Below, piece by piece: positions 57,861 to 64,000 of a stretch of 64,000 nucleotides of DNA (positions within the stretch are counted from its first letter, which is position 1; the number at the start of each line of letters is the position of its first letter). This DNA is from the human T2T-CHM13v2.0 reference genome, Homo sapiens. The stretch lies in NCBI RefSeq assembly GCF_009914755.1, contig NC_060928.1, one strand, 5' to 3'. Position numbers and translations under genes: made by a program. Under the pieces are notes generated by a model. That model was not told where the DNA came from and did not search any database. It saw only the letters and a program-made list of their open reading frames with translations.

Positions 57861-59544
57861 GGACTACTTCAGCTTTAGTCAGACAGACAACTTCAGTCAC
57901 ACCACTTTTCACCTCTGCCATCTAATCTCATCTTTTGAACAACCCCCTAAAAAGGTAACATTCCCAAGAAACCCAGACCCAGAAACACTGAATGACATAC
58001 TCAAGACTACCCAACTAGTAAGGGGGAGGCCACAGTTTCCCTTACCCTGGCAACATGCACATGGCAGGCCCTTCACTTAGCTGGTAGAAGGAACACAGGC
58101 TTGGGAAGGAGATGTCTGATGTTCACTCCCTGACGACACTCTTACTTGCTTCAATGATCTCTCTGAGCCTTGGGTGGCCCATCTGCTAAACAAGGATGAG
58201 TTATTTCCTGGGGATGCTAAGAGACTTCTGCCTCATGCCTGCAGTGCTGCTCATGTTGCCCCCTTGGAATTACTTGTTCAACTTCTTTCTTCCCCACTAG
58301 ACTGTGAGCTTCTTCAGGTCAAAGACCAGGACTTTCTTGCCATTAACCCCAGCAACTAGCATCATGCCTGACCAAAGGGCATGCTGATGACAATAAACAT
58401 TGATTGTCCGAAATCACATGCCTGGTCCCCAGTAGGCGCTTGCTGGTTACTGCTTTCTTCCCATCCTCCCTCTGCCACCCCTTCCTCTCTGAGTCTGGAG
58501 GGGATGGCCATGTACTAGCCAGGGGCAGTGTCCACAGGAAATTCAGGTCCTTTGCAGCAGTCAGTTTCATTTCCTATGATTAAAATTTCTGTGAAACATA
58601 TTATGCAAGAGCAGAATTTTAATGTAGTTATTCCCTGGACGGTCTGGGCAAGACAGACCTACCCTGTACCAGTTCCTGGCACAGCTGGTGTTGGCCCAGT
58701 TACGCAAGTTTCTGAGGTTTAAAACAGAACAACAACCTTCCAGTGTTTCTTTCAATGCCAAAGCAAACTTTCTCAGTAGAGCGGTCCCTCATTCTTGGAA
58801 AAGAGAGGAATGTCCTTTTCTTTTCCCTGTCTCCTCTTCTCTGATAGAAAAGTGATAATTTATTATTGAGATTGCAGATTGGGCCTCGACCCCTCCTTTG
58901 ACAAAGAGGCAAAACACTCCTAGAAATAAAGTTTTCATTAATGCATTCCTCTCTCCCCTTTCTCTGTCCCCTCCTCCCCTTTCCTGTTCTCTAGGTCTCT
59001 GCTTCTAAATGTATCCCCAACTTCTTTCCAAATACTTCCTCCTGCACTGTCCCACCTGAACCTCTGCTACGTAATGCCCTCTGCTCCCTTTTTGCCATCG
59101 ATAGTCTCATTTCCTGAGAGACACTGAGCTCATCTAGTTGGTTAGAGGAAAACATTATGATTGATCTAATTCATATTAAAGTGTGAATGACTGACAGCCC
59201 AATATATTTACATTACTTCATATAATTGCCTTTTTACCAAAGGCGCTTATTAATCCAAGTAAACACTTTCCACATAGAATTCCCCTAAAGAGTTTTGGGC
59301 TAGTTATTCCTCTGCGTGTCCCTCAGGGAATGACTATTTCTTCATAACTTCTGTCTTTCTTTTCAAGAGTAAAATGAAGGGAAGGTCAGTGATCTCATAT
59401 TGGGTCTACACTGGGGATTATGCCCTCAGTGAGCTAGAGATGGGACAAGTTTAGGGACTGATTTTCTTAGAGGCAATCATTACCTGGTATTTTCCTGTCA
59501 ATTGAATTATGATCTTAGAAACAAATGCTTTTAAACAAAAGGTC

Positions 59545-59902
<358 letters not shown>

Positions 59903-60149
59903 TCATATTGTTTTTCTCTTATAATTTTTATTCTTTGCCAATACAGCTTTGAAACTCTGTAGTTTCCTTAGTAACTCTGCAGTGTCTAAAAGTTCCTCAG
60001 TCAACTGACGTATAACTCCTCTTTCATGTCATTCACCCCATAATTATGTACTTTTGTCAACCTATCATTATAATTAGTATTCATATGCCTAATGTTTTTG
60101 CATATCTGTTGTATAGACAGGCAGCTTTGTTTCTCCACTCGATTCTTCT

Positions 60150-60836
<687 letters not shown>

Positions 60837-60915
60837 TTATAAAACAAATATACTTATTCATTTGGCTCTACTTACCAAGGAACTCATATCTAGCACTTAC
60901 AAGCATTAGGTACTG

Positions 60916-62488
<1,573 letters not shown>

Positions 62489-63444
62489 ACAAACATCAGG
62501 TACTGTTGGTAATTTACATGTGCCATCTCACCAAATTTTCAACCCTATGAAGTCCATTTTACAGAGATAATAACTTGCTCAAAATCATGCAGTTAGCAAG
62601 ATGGCTCAGAATCTCTATTCATAACCTCTATACATACTGCCTTTGTTATGTTTCATGTTATCAGAAATGTTTAAAAATCACTTTGGAATGTTATTTATCA
62701 CAACAAACAAAAGTTACATCATCCTAAGCTTCTAAAAGCCAATCTGAACAGTTTGACCAAATGAAAACTTAAGGTAGACTAAGACCCCATTGTACCCAAC
62801 CTTGCATACTCAAGGTTGATGAGGTACTATTCCTGCTATTCTCTAGTTACTTGGTGAGGCCATCACTAATCTCAACAGATTCTGGTGGTTTGAAGGCAGT
62901 GGCCACCTGAATCAAGAAATAAAATGTTGACTACAAGCAGAGCAAGTAACTGTATGATATTCCTTTTTCCCCAGGACAAATGTTTCCACTATTTTCATTC
63001 TGATCCATCAACAATGTGATTAGACTTCCTGGTCCCACTGAAAAATGGAACTAAGTTCTCACAGTTTAAATCCTAAGGCCTTTCTTGAAAATAATAGCTA
63101 GCACTGAACATTTAACCAGGTTCTAGGTACTATATTCTGGATAAGAATTATCTCCATTTAATAAATGTGAAAACTGAGTCTTGGGAGATCTGCTCAGTTA
63201 TAAAGATAACATGTGGAAGAATTAAGATTTGAATCCAAGTCTGTCTGACTGCAAAACATTTGCCCTTACAAACCATGGTACATTGCTCCCATAATGTGGA
63301 GGGTGGGCATGACTGAATCGTGCTGAGCCCCAGGAATCAGTGGACATAACCTTGGATCTGAGGCACGTGGGCCACAGTTGATGGCTGCCTTGAGACAATC
63401 CAGAAGCTGATTTATGGCAGTGATTCATAGTGTGTCCTTTAGAG

Positions 63445-63728
63445 CAGGAGTCCCCAACCCCATGGTACTGGTCCATGGCCTGCTAGGAACCAGGCCGCAC
63501 AGCAGGGCATGAGAGGCAGGCAAGTGAGCATTACTGCCTGAGCTCTGCCTCCTGTCAAATCAGTGGCAGCATTAGATTCTCATGGGAGCATGAGCCCTAT
63601 TGCGAACTGCACATGCAAGGGATCTAGGCTGTGTGCTCCTTATGAGAATCTAATGCCTCTGAAACCATTCGTCCTCCTCCCCGGTCTGTGGAACTGGTCC
63701 CTGGTGCCAAAAAGGTTGGAGACTGTTG
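63445..63728 (+). mobile_element. MER1 (hAT-Charlie) element
   Basis: caggagtccccaaccc...aaggttggagactgttg with perfect 8-bp TSD ctttagag (63437-63444 / 63729-63736). Confidence 0.85.
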
Positions 63729-63832
63729 CTTTAGAGCCAGTATAGCATATTTTAAAGATACTATATTGTAGTATTATGCAATAAATAAATGAAAAATTCC
63801 AATGAAGAGTTCTTGCTATGTCACAGGTCAGG

Positions 63833-63883
63833 GATGATGATGATGATGAAGATGATGATGATGATGATGATGATGGTGATGAT
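63833..63883. repeat. (GAT)n microsatellite
   Basis: About 17 units with two interruptions. Confidence 0.95.
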
Positions 63884-64000
63884 ACTAGCTAACAATGATT
63901 GAATTCTTTCTTTGTGTCAAGCATTCTGTTAAGCACATTATATGCATAACCTCATTTAAACAGGAAAGAAAATCAACTGTCCTTTGAGTGGTATCCGGTA

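Overview
Primate (human-like) genomic DNA, rich in Alu, L1 and LTR repeats. The first ~39 kb holds the last 15 coding exons of TMEM131L (KIAA0922) on the + strand. I traced them by GT-AG boundaries and they splice into one open frame ending ...[10 protein letters not shown] at 39014, followed by a very short 3' UTR. The rest is intergenic: a promoter-like GC-rich patch at ~42.5-42.7 kb with a chain of candidate downstream exons, a solo LTR, a Tigger3 transposon, L1 remnants, a ~500 bp heptamer tandem repeat, and two head-to-head processed pseudogenes (TMA7 on -, split by an L1 at its stop codon; WDR45 on +). The most unusual structure is a 94-bp, 92/94-identical, non-Alu inverted repeat bracketing a single 83-nt frame-shifting TMEM131L exon. 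Repeat subfamily names are from recognition, not a database search, and repeat boundaries are approximate unless a TSD is quoted.
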